A DNA stretch of 64,000 bases from a virus: IMG/VR virus record IMGVR_UViG_3300037258_000301, positions 87,625 through 151,624 of that record. One strand, given 5' to 3'. Position 1 is the stretch's first letter, and each line of letters opens with the position of its first letter. The position numbers and the translations under genes were made by a program. Positions 19,423-29,600 of the stretch are shown in pieces. The notes beneath the pieces are model-generated. The model did no database searches. It was given only the letters and a program-made list of their open reading frames with translations, and was not told the origin of the DNA.

Positions 19423-20300
19423 GCAAGGTCCTCTACATCGACGGGCCAAACTTGACCATGCGTGCTCTGCATGCCGGCTTGCACGGTCCGATGTTTTCCA
19501 ACGGCGCCGACACCGCAGCTCTCACGATCTTCATCAACTCGCTGGGCAAGCTCGTTCGTGAAGAAGGTCCGAGTTACCTGGGTATTGCGTGGGATTCCCC
19601 CCATAAGGGTTTCCGTCATACCCTCTACGAGGGCTACAAGGCCAATCGGGCTGAGGCTCCAGTATTGGACGCCAAGGCATCCACCTTCGCGCTGGTGCGC
19701 GAGTTCTGCGACCTCGCTGGCATCCGTAGCCTGTCGTGCCCCACCATGGAGGCCGACGACATCATTGCGCGGCTGTGGTATGTCGCGGTGCAGGGACCGA
19801 TCGTTATCGCCAGCTCCGACCACGATTTTCTCCAACTGGCCGGGCCCAATCCCAGCGGTGTCTCCACCGAGGTCCTGCGTTTCGGCAAGGAGAATGACCG
19901 ATGGGATGCGGCCAAGGTCAGTGAGTACCACGACTCACCTGAGCACTATCCCCTGATCGCCGCCCTGGCCGGTGATCCCAGCGACAATATTCCCGGCATC
20001 AAGGGGATCGGCCCGAAGAAGGCCGTCAAGCTCCTGGAGAAACACGATTGGGACCTGGAGTCCGCTCTGGATGAGTACCCCGAGGAGCGGGAGCGGGTAC
20101 GGACCTTCTTCCAGATGATCGATCTTCGGAACTCGAACTTCTTTCCGCTTCTGGCCGATGCCGCGCCGGTACCAGTTGGTGAACAGGCGCGTACTGCGTC
20201 ACCTGAGCTGATGACATTCCTGGAGGACTACGAGCTGAAGGGAGCTTTGGCCAAGTTCCGCGCGGGCACTTTCTGGCGCGCAATCCCTTACAGACGCTGA
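19419..20300 (+). CDS. 5'-3' exonuclease / flap endonuclease (PolI N-terminal-like)
   Basis: 'IDGPNL', 'YKANR', 'EADDII', 'SSDHDFLQL', 'LAGDPSDNIPGIKGIGPKKA'. Confidence 0.92.
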   Translation: MSKVLYIDGPNLTMRALHAGLHGPMFSNGADTAALTIFINSLGKLVREEGPSYLGIAWDSPHKGFRHTLYEGYKANRAEAPVLDAKASTFALVREFCDLAGIRSLSCPTMEADDIIARLWYVAVQGPIVIASSDHDFLQLAGPNPSGVSTEVLRFGKENDRWDAAKVSEYHDSPEHYPLIAALAGDPSDNIPGIKGIGPKKAVKLLEKHDWDLESALDEYPEERERVRTFFQMIDLRNSNFFPLLADAAPVPVGEQARTASPELMTFLEDYELKGALAKFRAGTFWRAIPYRR

Positions 20301-20406
20301 TATTTCGATAGGTGACCCGTCTTGTAGTGGATCATCCGAGGGGTTTAGAGTCTCCCCTCGACGGTCCGTCCGTCATCGGTTCGCTCCTCCGCTCGCCTAG
20401 GCCCTC

Positions 20407-21024
20407 ATGGCCCACGGGAAGGTCGGGCGGAGGGCGTACCTCATCCCCGTCTCGGAGGTTTCTTCCGTGTCCCAGCAAGAACTGTCTCGCCCCTCCGCTC
20501 CGTCGTCCGGAAGCCGACGTCAGCCCTATCGACCCCCGACCCCGGAAGAGGAGGTCAGGCGAGATCTGGCCTTTTCGATCTCTCTCCAGCGCCTCGGCGA
20601 GTCCATCGAGCACGGTTGGAAGATCAGTTTCAAAGAGTTCGACGGCGAGATCACCACGGGCTATCTCGCTGGCATGGACAGTGAGTACTTCTTGGTCTAC
20701 GTCCCCGACCCGGACTACACCGTGGTGACCGATGACCCCCATGACGGGTTCTTCGAGAAGGGCATCGCGCGAGGTCTGAACCCCACCTTCGAGCTGCACC
20801 ATCACAACACCTTCGAGGACGAGCTGTCGCATCCGAAGATGGTCGGTCAGGTCGAGGACTGGCGTCAGTGGTACGCCCAAGCCCGATCGGAAGAGGCCGC
20901 CGTCCCCGCTCAGGTTGAACGGGGGCGTACCGACATCGCGTCCGTCGGCGATATGCCCCGCAACGGGAAGTCGCAGCCCAGCATCACCGCGAAGCCACCC
21001 CACCCTCAGTTCAAGGGAGCTTGA
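20407..21024 (+). CDS. Hypothetical protein
   Basis: 205-aa ORF; start uncertain. Confidence 0.55.
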   Translation: MAHGKVGRRAYLIPVSEVSSVSQQELSRPSAPSSGSRRQPYRPPTPEEEVRRDLAFSISLQRLGESIEHGWKISFKEFDGEITTGYLAGMDSEYFLVYVPDPDYTVVTDDPHDGFFEKGIARGLNPTFELHHHNTFEDELSHPKMVGQVEDWRQWYAQARSEEAAVPAQVERGRTDIASVGDMPRNGKSQPSITAKPPHPQFKGA

Positions 21025-21026
21025 TC

Positions 21027-21425
21027 ATGTTCACCATGTTGCCAGACTCCGATGTGGCTCTGATCGAAGATGTCATCCCTCGGGTCACCGAAACGGTCAC
21101 CGTACGTCCGACCTCACGTGTCACGAAGGTCGAGAAGGGGCGCACCTTCGTCGGCACCGCGTCGAGCACCTGGAGTGCCGAGCAACTGCTGAGCTACGTC
21201 GCCACCCAGATCCAGCAGCTGCATGGCCCCTTCCCGCGTGACCCGAAGAAGGAGGTCGCGATCATGCGATCTTTCGCTGGCCGTTGGGCCGAACAGGCAG
21301 GCCCGATCGCTCAGTACGCCTTTGAGGTGGCCGGCGGGATGTGGCGCAAGGCTCCCATCAGCATCACCCGCTTCTGTCTCAAATCCGATCCCTACTTCGC
21401 CGAGATCATCGCGAAGGAACTCTGA
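21027..21425 (+). CDS. Hypothetical protein (possible replication initiator partner)
   Basis: Immediately upstream of the DnaC-like gene; positional inference only. Confidence 0.5.
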   Translation: MFTMLPDSDVALIEDVIPRVTETVTVRPTSRVTKVEKGRTFVGTASSTWSAEQLLSYVATQIQQLHGPFPRDPKKEVAIMRSFAGRWAEQAGPIAQYAFEVAGGMWRKAPISITRFCLKSDPYFAEIIAKEL

Positions 21426-21444
21426 ACCCTCTTTGGACGGTGCC

Positions 21445-22272
21445 ATGTTGTCCCTCGCGGACCACTACCCCGTCCCACACTTCATCCCCACGCTGACCAA
21501 TGACGAATTTCGACGATTCACCCCCACCGCCGTATGTCCGACGTGTCGTGGGGAGGGGAGCTTCCTGTGGGACTACGACGAGAATGGGCCAGTCGCCGCG
21601 CCAATACGGTGGCAATGCGACTGCCTGAGCCAAATCATCCTGAACAACTATCTGATGCGCTGCGGCTTGAACCCTCATCTATATTGGCGCACCGCCAAAG
21701 ATCTGCTCGCCTTCGAGCGGGGTGAGGCCGAGCTGGGTGAGTACGTATCCAGTCCCAACGAGTATGCCCAGGCCGGCATCGGGTTGAGCCTTACCGGCGA
21801 TCCGGTCAACGGGAAGTCGACCTGGGCGACGTTCCTGATGAAGGTCTTCATCGCCGAACAGTGGGACGTGCAGTGCATGAGTCTGGATACCCTGGCTGAC
21901 TCCTACACTGCCACTTGGGCCCGCAAGGGCAAGACCGAACAGCATCAACAGACCAGTACGGATTGGTTCACCGACCGCATCCTCAAGGTGCCCGTTCTGC
22001 TGATCGACAATATTGGCCGCAATGACAAACGCAATGATTTCAGTACGGTGCAGCAAGCGTTTCTTCGTATCACCAGCGAACGCCTGGAAACTGGTCGCGT
22101 CACTCTCATGACTTTCTCGGGCAAATCCGAGACCTCTCCGGTCCCGCTCGATCACCTCACGGCCACCACGTTGACCGTGAACCTGCGCGGACCTGATCTT
22201 TCCACCGCTTCCCGGCAACGCGTCATTGCCGACATCCAAGCTGGCATCCATCGCCCATTGAGACTGATCTGA
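21445..22272 (+). CDS. DnaC/IstB-like helicase loader
   Basis: N-terminal CPTC...CDC, Walker A 'GDPVNGKST', Walker B 'LLIDNIG'; precedes DnaB. Confidence 0.75.
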   Translation: MLSLADHYPVPHFIPTLTNDEFRRFTPTAVCPTCRGEGSFLWDYDENGPVAAPIRWQCDCLSQIILNNYLMRCGLNPHLYWRTAKDLLAFERGEAELGEYVSSPNEYAQAGIGLSLTGDPVNGKSTWATFLMKVFIAEQWDVQCMSLDTLADSYTATWARKGKTEQHQQTSTDWFTDRILKVPVLLIDNIGRNDKRNDFSTVQQAFLRITSERLETGRVTLMTFSGKSETSPVPLDHLTATTLTVNLRGPDLSTASRQRVIADIQAGIHRPLRLI

Positions 22273-22284
22273 GAGGGAGGGGCC

Positions 22285-23613
22285 ATGCGAGAATCCGAAC
22301 GCGTCCTACTCTCCCACCTCACCGAGACGGCGTCGTTGGAGCTGCTCTCCGCCGAGGGCTTCGCGACCGAGCAGGGCTGCGAGGTGCTCTCCTCGGAGAT
22401 CGTTCGGTCGATCGTGCGTTGGGCGATCGCGTTGTACTTCGAGTCCGGCCGCGACGTGCCGATCACTCGACGCATGATCGAGGAGACCTGGGAGCACGAG
22501 CTGGAGCAGCTCGACGTCCAGATCGACGACGAGCATGAGTTGGAGCCGGTCGAGTGGGTGATCGATGACCTACGGGCCGCCTACGCCGGCAAGATCGCTC
22601 ATGACTTCGCCACGAAGCTCGCCGTGGCCGTCGGCGAGGAAGCCCATGCCCCCGATCGCGTGAAGGTGCTGTTGGAATACAGCCACGAGTTGTTCGCTAT
22701 CACCCGCACGCTGGTGTCTCGTCGGCAGGAGGCAGACCTGGGGCAGGGCGTGGACATGGCCCTCACGAGCTACTTCCAGCGGGTTGAGGCCAACACCCAT
22801 CTGGAGGGACTGACCTTCGGCCTGCCCTCCATCGACAACCACACCAAAGGTATCCACCCTGGCGAGGTGGCCGTGTTCGCGGCCCCCTCGGGTGAGGGCA
22901 AATCCTGGGTGGGACTCAAGGCCACCTTCGAGGAATGGCGCCGGCACCGTAAGTCAATCCTGTTCACCCTGGAGAACTCTCTGCCCATGACGTTCGACCG
23001 GCTCGTCTGCGTGGGTGCGGGAGTGCGGTATGAGGCATGGCAGGAAGGGTCTTGTACCGAGCCGGAGATCTTGCGGGTTAAGCAACTCCTGGAAGAAATG
23101 CGCGACACTGACTGGTGCCCGCTGGTCATCATGCCCGGCCGGAACGAGCGCACCATGACCGCGATGGTGCGCAAGACGTTCACCGAAAACGCTGTCTCGC
23201 TGATCATCGACCAGCTCTCCTTCGTTGAAGAGACCATCAAGGGTGCCAAGCAGCGCAACAGGTGGGGCGCTTTTGGCGACATGATGCACGAGTTGCATGA
23301 CGAGGTGGCCGAGGGCAAGGAAAAGCTCTCGGCTTTCGTTTTGCATCAGATCAACCGCAAGGGCATCGAGGAGGCAGCCAAGACCGGCCGCTTCCACATG
23401 GAGCATTTGGCCGAGGCCAGTGAGATCGAACGCACTGCCGACTTCATTTATGCGGCCTACCGCTCCGATTTCGACAAGCAGAACAATCTCGCCACCTGGC
23501 AGCAACTCAAAGGTCGTCGGGTACGACCACATGATGACTGGCCGATGGTGTGGGACCTTGCGCGCGGTCACATCGCCGTACGTGGCGACGAACCTTCTCG
23601 GAGGGCGGCATGA
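22285..23613 (+). CDS. dnaB: DnaB-like replicative helicase
   Basis: 'GIHPGE..VFAAPSGEGKS', 'FTLE', 'LIIDQL', 'HQINR', 'SEIERTAD'. Confidence 0.85.
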   Translation: MRESERVLLSHLTETASLELLSAEGFATEQGCEVLSSEIVRSIVRWAIALYFESGRDVPITRRMIEETWEHELEQLDVQIDDEHELEPVEWVIDDLRAAYAGKIAHDFATKLAVAVGEEAHAPDRVKVLLEYSHELFAITRTLVSRRQEADLGQGVDMALTSYFQRVEANTHLEGLTFGLPSIDNHTKGIHPGEVAVFAAPSGEGKSWVGLKATFEEWRRHRKSILFTLENSLPMTFDRLVCVGAGVRYEAWQEGSCTEPEILRVKQLLEEMRDTDWCPLVIMPGRNERTMTAMVRKTFTENAVSLIIDQLSFVEETIKGAKQRNRWGAFGDMMHELHDEVAEGKEKLSAFVLHQINRKGIEEAAKTGRFHMEHLAEASEIERTADFIYAAYRSDFDKQNNLATWQQLKGRRVRPHDDWPMVWDLARGHIAVRGDEPSRRAA

Positions 23614-24638
23614 GCACCTTCATTCAGGGGCGCCTGCCGACCACGCAGAAGAAGATGCTTTGTCGCGATCTGCTCGCCGAGTTCGGGGCCCGCAACATCA
23701 CCGAGCACTCCAACGGCGAACTGATCCACTCTTGCTGTCTGCCGTTCGGTCAGCATCGCAACGGCGACAGCAACCCCTCGGCTTCGTTGAACTATCAGAA
23801 GCTCACCTACTCATGTCTCGGATGTGGAAACTCGGGCGGCCTGTTGTGGTTCCTGGCCGTATGCCGGGGCGAGGAACCCCTGGAGGTGCGCAAGTGGCTG
23901 GAGAACGCCACCGGCACCGAGGGTGGGGTGCTCGACCTCCAGAATCTGCTTCGACTTATCGACGAAATCTTCGAGCCCAAAACTTCGGTCTACCAACCGA
24001 TGCCAAAGTACGACCCGTCGATATTGGACGCATGGCGGCAACCCAACTTCCATCCTCTCCTCACTGAGGGCGCGCCCGATCTCGATATCGAAGGATGGCA
24101 CATGCCCGAAGAGACATTGCGTCACTTTGATATTGGTTACGATCTCACCACCGACCGCATCACCATCCCAGTGTGGTGGAAGGGGAAACTGGTCGGTTGG
24201 CAGGCCCGTGCGGTCTGTGACGATGAGGAGAACAAGTACAAGTCCTCTCCTGAGCTACCGCGTCGGTCCATTATGTACAACTACAGCCAACGTGACCACT
24301 ACATCGTCGTGGAGAGCCCAAAGTCCGTGCTGCGCCATTATCATCACCAGCCGACCATCGCGGCTACCTTCGGCGCCAAGGTGGAGCAGGCACAGCAGGC
24401 TCTCCTGCACAGTGCCGGCCGGGTCGTGTTGTGGTTCGACAACGACCCGGCGGGCTGGTCGGCCACCCGCAAGGTTGGTAATCGGCTGACCGCCTACACC
24501 TCGGTCTACGCCGTGCTCAGCCCCTGGAAAGGAGGACCGGAGAATCTTCCCGATGGCGTCATGGATCAGCTCGTCGAGCAGGCAGTGCCCTACGCTGTGT
24601 GGCACTTACCAGATCAACTGCGACGTTGGAGACCCTGA
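23610..24638 (+). CDS. DNA primase (Zn-binding + TOPRIM)
   Basis: CCLP..H..CLGC zinc domain, 'VVESPKS', 'WFDNDPAG'. Confidence 0.85.
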   Translation: MSTFIQGRLPTTQKKMLCRDLLAEFGARNITEHSNGELIHSCCLPFGQHRNGDSNPSASLNYQKLTYSCLGCGNSGGLLWFLAVCRGEEPLEVRKWLENATGTEGGVLDLQNLLRLIDEIFEPKTSVYQPMPKYDPSILDAWRQPNFHPLLTEGAPDLDIEGWHMPEETLRHFDIGYDLTTDRITIPVWWKGKLVGWQARAVCDDEENKYKSSPELPRRSIMYNYSQRDHYIVVESPKSVLRHYHHQPTIAATFGAKVEQAQQALLHSAGRVVLWFDNDPAGWSATRKVGNRLTAYTSVYAVLSPWKGGPENLPDGVMDQLVEQAVPYAVWHLPDQLRRWRP

Positions 24639-24802
24639 TGGCTATCCGCAAGTTCGGCATCCAGGAAGCGATCCTCACCACCGAGGACGCCGACGACGAC
24701 CTCATTCGGAAGGAGGCAGCCCGCGCATGGACCCCCGAGGACGCGGCCCAGTTGGCTCAGGAGAACTCGGACTCGTCATTCGGGGACTCGGACCGCTCCT
24801 AG
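24638..24802 (+). CDS. Small hypothetical protein (54 aa)
   Basis: TGATG overlap with primase stop; acidic. Confidence 0.5.
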   Translation: MAIRKFGIQEAILTTEDADDDLIRKEAARAWTPEDAAQLAQENSDSSFGDSDRS

Positions 24803-26544
24803 CTTCCACGTGCCGTCAGTTGGCCACCTGGACCGTTTGGGATGTCAACGGCTACTACGGGAGCTTGGGTTTTCGCTTCGGTGATCGGCCGAGTAAGCGT
24901 CAACTGCGGCATGCCTTCGAGCGTCTACGCGGGCACGACAATGCACGCCTGACCGAGATCCTGCACGTCCTGTTGCGCCAACGGGCTGAGTACGACCGCT
25001 GCGCGTTCGGAGAGCCTTTCTACGACCGAATGTTCACCGAGTTCATCAAACGGGTCGCCGAGCGTCTGGCTGGGGCAGCAGGCCGTGCCCAGCGTGACGT
25101 CCTGGACGACTGGGGTTTCCGCGACCTGCCAGAGGACTTCGACGAACTGGAACGAGAGTTCCTGGCTGACCCCTCTTCCCCTCGCCGATCCTCATGGGCT
25201 ACCGTGGTCTGGCCGTGGTCCTGGTACGCGGACCGAACCGAGAGTGTCGACTTGGTTCGGCTATCTGTTTGGCAACAAGCCCTGGTCCGTCATCTTCGCG
25301 TCGCTCGTTTTTCTGTCGGCCTCTCCGGCTACGGTGATCCCGTCAGTGCCCGCGTGATCGGTGGGGACTGGGTGGTCTTCCTCCGGGACGACCAAATACC
25401 TGACGAAGGTCGGGCACGACAAGCCGCACGACAAGTACATACGAGCGCCACTTATGCGCTCCAGGACAATAACCGTACAAGGAGAACCATGAAGTACATT
25501 GGTGGGTCTGCCGCAGTCAAGATTGTTGAGGCGGAGACCAATTCCGGTTTTGGCGGTGGCCGTAAGCACCCCTACATCTCGTCAGTCCTGAAGAACAAGG
25601 ACGACTCGGTGATCCTGCGCTTCCTCGACAACCCGGAGATGGGCGTCGACGAAGAGAACTTCTGGATTACGTTGGCAACGCACGACTACGTGCCCGTCAA
25701 GCCGGCACCCGCCTCCATGGACGCAGACAAGAAGAAGAAGTGGCCGGAGACCATGACGGCCATCTGCCGGACGCAGCAGCAGCTCCAGGGTGAGTACGAC
25801 AACTGCTACATCTGCGAGAACCTCACCAAGGACGATAAGAACGGCAAGCCGCGTCCCTGGAGCAAGTCGGGTACCACCTTCGCGCGAGCGATTCACCGCG
25901 AACGAGTCAAGATCACCCAGGCCGATGTGGATGCCGGCAACGCTCCCGCCGAGGCGTTGGGCAAGTGGGCCATGCGTGACGTGATGGTCGAGATGGATGA
26001 GCTTGATGACAAGGGCGACCCTACTGGCCGGAAGGTATCGGTACCGGAGATCTTCCTGGTGCAGCAGAAGTGGTCGAACTTCTTCCAGCAGATCTCGATC
26101 ATGTCCGAAGAGTACGACGGGACGATTCTGGATCGGGACATCAAGATGACCCGGACTGGCGTGAAGCTGGAGACTGCCTACACGCCGACGCCGCTGAACC
26201 AAACTCCGAACTTCGACCTGAGCGACCCGGAAACTCGCGCTCCGTTCGACAAGGTGTTCCCGTGGAGTGATCTGATCGAGTTCATCGACAACCTGCACTC
26301 CGACCGGTACTTCGGCCGCTTCTTCGACCCGAGCTACATCGACCCCGACGAGGAGAAGAAGTCGAGTCGTCCCGCGAGTTCCACCAGCGTCGTCTACGAG
26401 GATGTCGACGAGGCGGCTCCGGCCCGGCCGACGAGCAACGGCATCTCCCAGGAGAAGATGGACGCGCTGAAGGCGCGCATGGGTGGCGCGAAGAAGTCTG
26501 AACCGTCGGTCGAGACTGACGACGGGGCTCTCGCGAACGCGTAA
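24727..26544 (+). CDS. DnaJ-like (J-domain-like) protein, in frame with the downstream SSB
   Basis: AGGAGG before ATG 24727; 'DVNGYYGSLG...SKRQLRHAF...RAEYD' J-domain-like helices; no stop before the SSB. Confidence 0.5.
   Translation: MDPRGRGPVGSGELGLVIRGLGPLLASTCRQLATWTVWDVNGYYGSLGFRFGDRPSKRQLRHAFERLRGHDNARLTEILHVLLRQRAEYDRCAFGEPFYDRMFTEFIKRVAERLAGAAGRAQRDVLDDWGFRDLPEDFDELEREFLADPSSPRRSSWATVVWPWSWYADRTESVDLVRLSVWQQALVRHLRVARFSVGLSGYGDPVSARVIGGDWVVFLRDDQIPDEGRARQAARQVHTSATYALQDNNRTRRTMKYIGGSAAVKIVEAETNSGFGGGRKHPYISSVLKNKDDSVILRFLDNPEMGVDEENFWITLATHDYVPVKPAPASMDADKKKKWPETMTAICRTQQQLQGEYDNCYICENLTKDDKNGKPRPWSKSGTTFARAIHRERVKITQADVDAGNAPAEALGKWAMRDVMVEMDELDDKGDPTGRKVSVPEIFLVQQKWSNFFQQISIMSEEYDGTILDRDIKMTRTGVKLETAYTPTPLNQTPNFDLSDPETRAPFDKVFPWSDLIEFIDNLHSDRYFGRFFDPSYIDPDEEKKSSRPASSTSVVYEDVDEAAPARPTSNGISQEKMDALKARMGGAKKSEPSVETDDGALANA
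25489..26544 (+). CDS. Single-stranded DNA-binding protein (gp32-like, Zn-binding)
   Basis: AAGGAG RBS; 'VILRFLD', 'C..CYIC', 'DRDIKMTRTG..TAY', acidic tail; between primase and DnaE. Confidence 0.7.
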   Translation: MKYIGGSAAVKIVEAETNSGFGGGRKHPYISSVLKNKDDSVILRFLDNPEMGVDEENFWITLATHDYVPVKPAPASMDADKKKKWPETMTAICRTQQQLQGEYDNCYICENLTKDDKNGKPRPWSKSGTTFARAIHRERVKITQADVDAGNAPAEALGKWAMRDVMVEMDELDDKGDPTGRKVSVPEIFLVQQKWSNFFQQISIMSEEYDGTILDRDIKMTRTGVKLETAYTPTPLNQTPNFDLSDPETRAPFDKVFPWSDLIEFIDNLHSDRYFGRFFDPSYIDPDEEKKSSRPASSTSVVYEDVDEAAPARPTSNGISQEKMDALKARMGGAKKSEPSVETDDGALANA

Positions 26545-26555
26545 GCTCCCCTCCA

Positions 26556-26616
26556 CCACCGGGTCGACGAATCCCCGGCGGAGGCACCCTCAGCGCCTCC
26601 ATCGTCGGCCCGGTGG
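26556..26616 (+). other. Long bulged stem-loop between ssb and dnaE
   Basis: 15-bp outer stem 26556-26570/26602-26616 plus inner ggaggc/gcctcc stem. Confidence 0.65.
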
Positions 26617-26643
26617 CCACGCATCTCACCCCCTGGATACCGC

Positions 26644-29600
26644 GTGCATACTCTCATCGAGTCCTACAGCCCCTCCGCGACCGTCACCATCGCGGATCAA
26701 ACCTTCCCCGAGCGGTGTCTGCTCGAAGACGAGGACGGCCAACGGCTGATGCTCGTCCGCGACACCATCAAGGTCGCCGACTACACTCACGCCGTTTCTC
26801 ATGGCGCCGGCATGATCGTGCGCACCGAGCCCCGCCTTGCGTTCGTACTCAATGAGACGTTCAGCGAGAGCGTCCATCCCGATACGGGCGATGACACCTA
26901 CTTCCTCGACTCCCGATACTGGACGGCGCACGAGAACTTGCCGACCTTCTTTGAGGCATTCCAGGCCCGCTATGCCCCAAAATCCGAAAACTCGAACTTC
27001 GTTCACCTCCATGCACACTCGGAGTACAGCCCACTGGATGGCCTCAGTACTCCCGAGGAGATGGTCAACGCGGCCGTCCGCATGGGGCAGAAGGCCATGG
27101 CCATTACTGATCATGGAACTTGTGCAGGCCAGCCCGCGTTCCAGATCGCCTGTGACAAGGGTGGCATCAAGCCCATCCTGGGTATCGAGGCGTACTTCGT
27201 CGACGACCGGTCCGTACGCGAGAATCGCTACGACTACTGGCACCTGATCTTGTTGGCCCAGGATCAGGAAGGACTGCGCAACCTGTGGGCGATGTCCACC
27301 GAGAGCTTCCGGGACGGCTACTACGACCGCAAGCCTCGCTTGGACTGGGAGACCCTGGAACGCTACGCCGAGGGCGTCCTGTGTTCCACGGCGTGCCTGC
27401 GAGGCCCGGTGGTTGACCCATACCTCAAGGGCGACACTGAGCGCGCGGTGAGCAACCTGGGGCGTCTGAAGGCCATCTTCGGTGACCGGCTCTACGCCGA
27501 GATCCACGCCAACCAGATCCCCGATCAGATCAAGGCCAACCGCTGGCTCACCGAGACCGCCCGCACCTACGACGTACCTCTGGTCGCCGTGTGCGATTCG
27601 CACTACCCCACGTCAGCTGACGCTGACGCCCATCGTGTCTGGCTGTCGATCACCACGAACAAGGACGTCACTGACGATTCCAGTCTGTTTCAGGGGCAGC
27701 AGGACTACTCCCTGCGGGATGAGGTTGATGTCCGGGTGGCCCTGAGCTACCTCGCCCCTGACGAGGTCGACGAAGCGGTAGCCAACACCTCGGTTATCGC
27801 TGAGCGGTGCACCGCCCGTATCGAGAAGCGCCTGCACATGCCGGTCTACTCGCGTCGCAGTGCCGAGTACCCCGATCCGGTAGCTCGTGACAAGGAGCGC
27901 CTGTTCGAGCTGTGTATGCAACGGTGGGAGGAGCGCACCACCGGCAAGACCAAGAGTCAGGACGTCTACCTGGCTCGGTTCGAGCGCGAGTTCAACCTCA
28001 TCGTGGAGAAGGGGTTCCCGGGCTACTTCTTGATCGTGTGGGACATCATCTCCCACGCGAAGCGCAATCGAGTCATGGTCAGTCCCGGCCGTGGCTCAGG
28101 TGGTGGATGCCTCTTGGCCTACCTATTGGGCATCACTGAACTGGATTCCGTCGAAGACGATATTCTGTTCGAACGCTTCATGACCAAAGGCCGTACCGAG
28201 CTGCCCGACTTCGACCTGGACTTCCCCTCCAGCAAGAAGCAGTTCATGTTCGACTACATCGCTGGTCGGTGGGGCCGAGACAATATGGCCATTGTCGGGA
28301 CTCACATGCGATTGAAGAACAAGAGCGTCTTCAAGGACGTCTCGCGCGCGCTGAAGTCGCAGCTGCCTGAGGGCTACTACCTCGATATCGAGAACATCTG
28401 CAAGATCGTCGACAACGCCGAGGCAGACACCGCCGGCCTGGGCCTGTCCTACGAGCAACTCTTCGCCAAGGTGGGCGAGGAGCTGGAACCCTATCGTGAG
28501 AAGTACCCCGAGGTCTTCCGCTGGGCCGACTTGCTCAACCACCGGCTGAAGACTTACGGCACCCATCCGGCCGGCATCGTCATCGACACTGAAGCGCCGC
28601 TGACCGAGAACCTGCCGTTGCGGGCCGGCGACAACGGGATGGTCACCCAGTTCGCCCTGGAGGCTCTGGAGTCCCTGGGTTACGTCAAGTTCGACCTGCT
28701 CAACCTGCGCAACCTCGACACCCTCCAGATCTGTTGTGATCTGATCAAGGAACACACCGGGCGCGACATCGACCCCTACTCCTTCACCAGGGAAGAGCTG
28801 TCCGACCCGATGGTGTTCGAGCGCATCGGGGCGGGCTGGACGCTGGGCATGTTCCAGATCAACACCCACCAGGGCACGCGCCTATGTACGCGGTACAAGC
28901 CGCAAACGCTCGTCGAGCTGGCACACGTACTCACCCTCGTTCGGCCGGGTCCTTCCCGCTCAGGACTGACTGACCTCTACCTGCGGCGCCGAGAGACCGG
29001 TGAGGAGATCACCTATCCCGACGAGCGGCTGCGCTCCATCCTGGGCCACACCGAGGGCATCATGCTGTTCCAGGAACAGCTCATGCAGATCTGCCTGGTG
29101 ATCGCCAACTACACCGACGTGGAAGCGGACAAGGTCCGCAAGATCCTCGGCAAGAAGAAGGTCGAGCTGGCCAAAGAGGAAGGTCGGAAGTTCATTGCGG
29201 CAGCTGTCGACAATGACACCGACGAGAAGGTAGCCATCCAGCTATGGGAGCAGATGGAGGAGTTCGCCAAGTACTCCTTTGGCTACGCCCACGCAATGGG
29301 CTATGGCACCTTCACCTATTGGACCGGCTGGCTGATGTGCCATTACCCGCTGTACATGTTGTGTGCCGCGCTCTCCTCAGTCAAGGCGGAAGAGATTCCC
29401 ACTTTCGTGGAAGAGGCGCGACGCATGGGGTATGCCGTCCTGCCTCCGGACATCAATCTGTCCCGGCGAGGCTTCACCGTGGATCCGGCCAACATGGCCG
29501 TCCGATATGGCCTGGAGTCCGTAGATGGTGTCGGCCCGGTTGCGGTGGATGCGCTTCTGGCGGCGCAGCCCTTCGCTGACTGGGAGGACTTCGTCGAGCG

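Noticed and set aside
20322-20360. TTGTAG-18-TAGAGT with a cgagggg/cccctcg hairpin
   Set aside because: Possible promoter or terminator, but it does not match the repeated element and the evidence is weak
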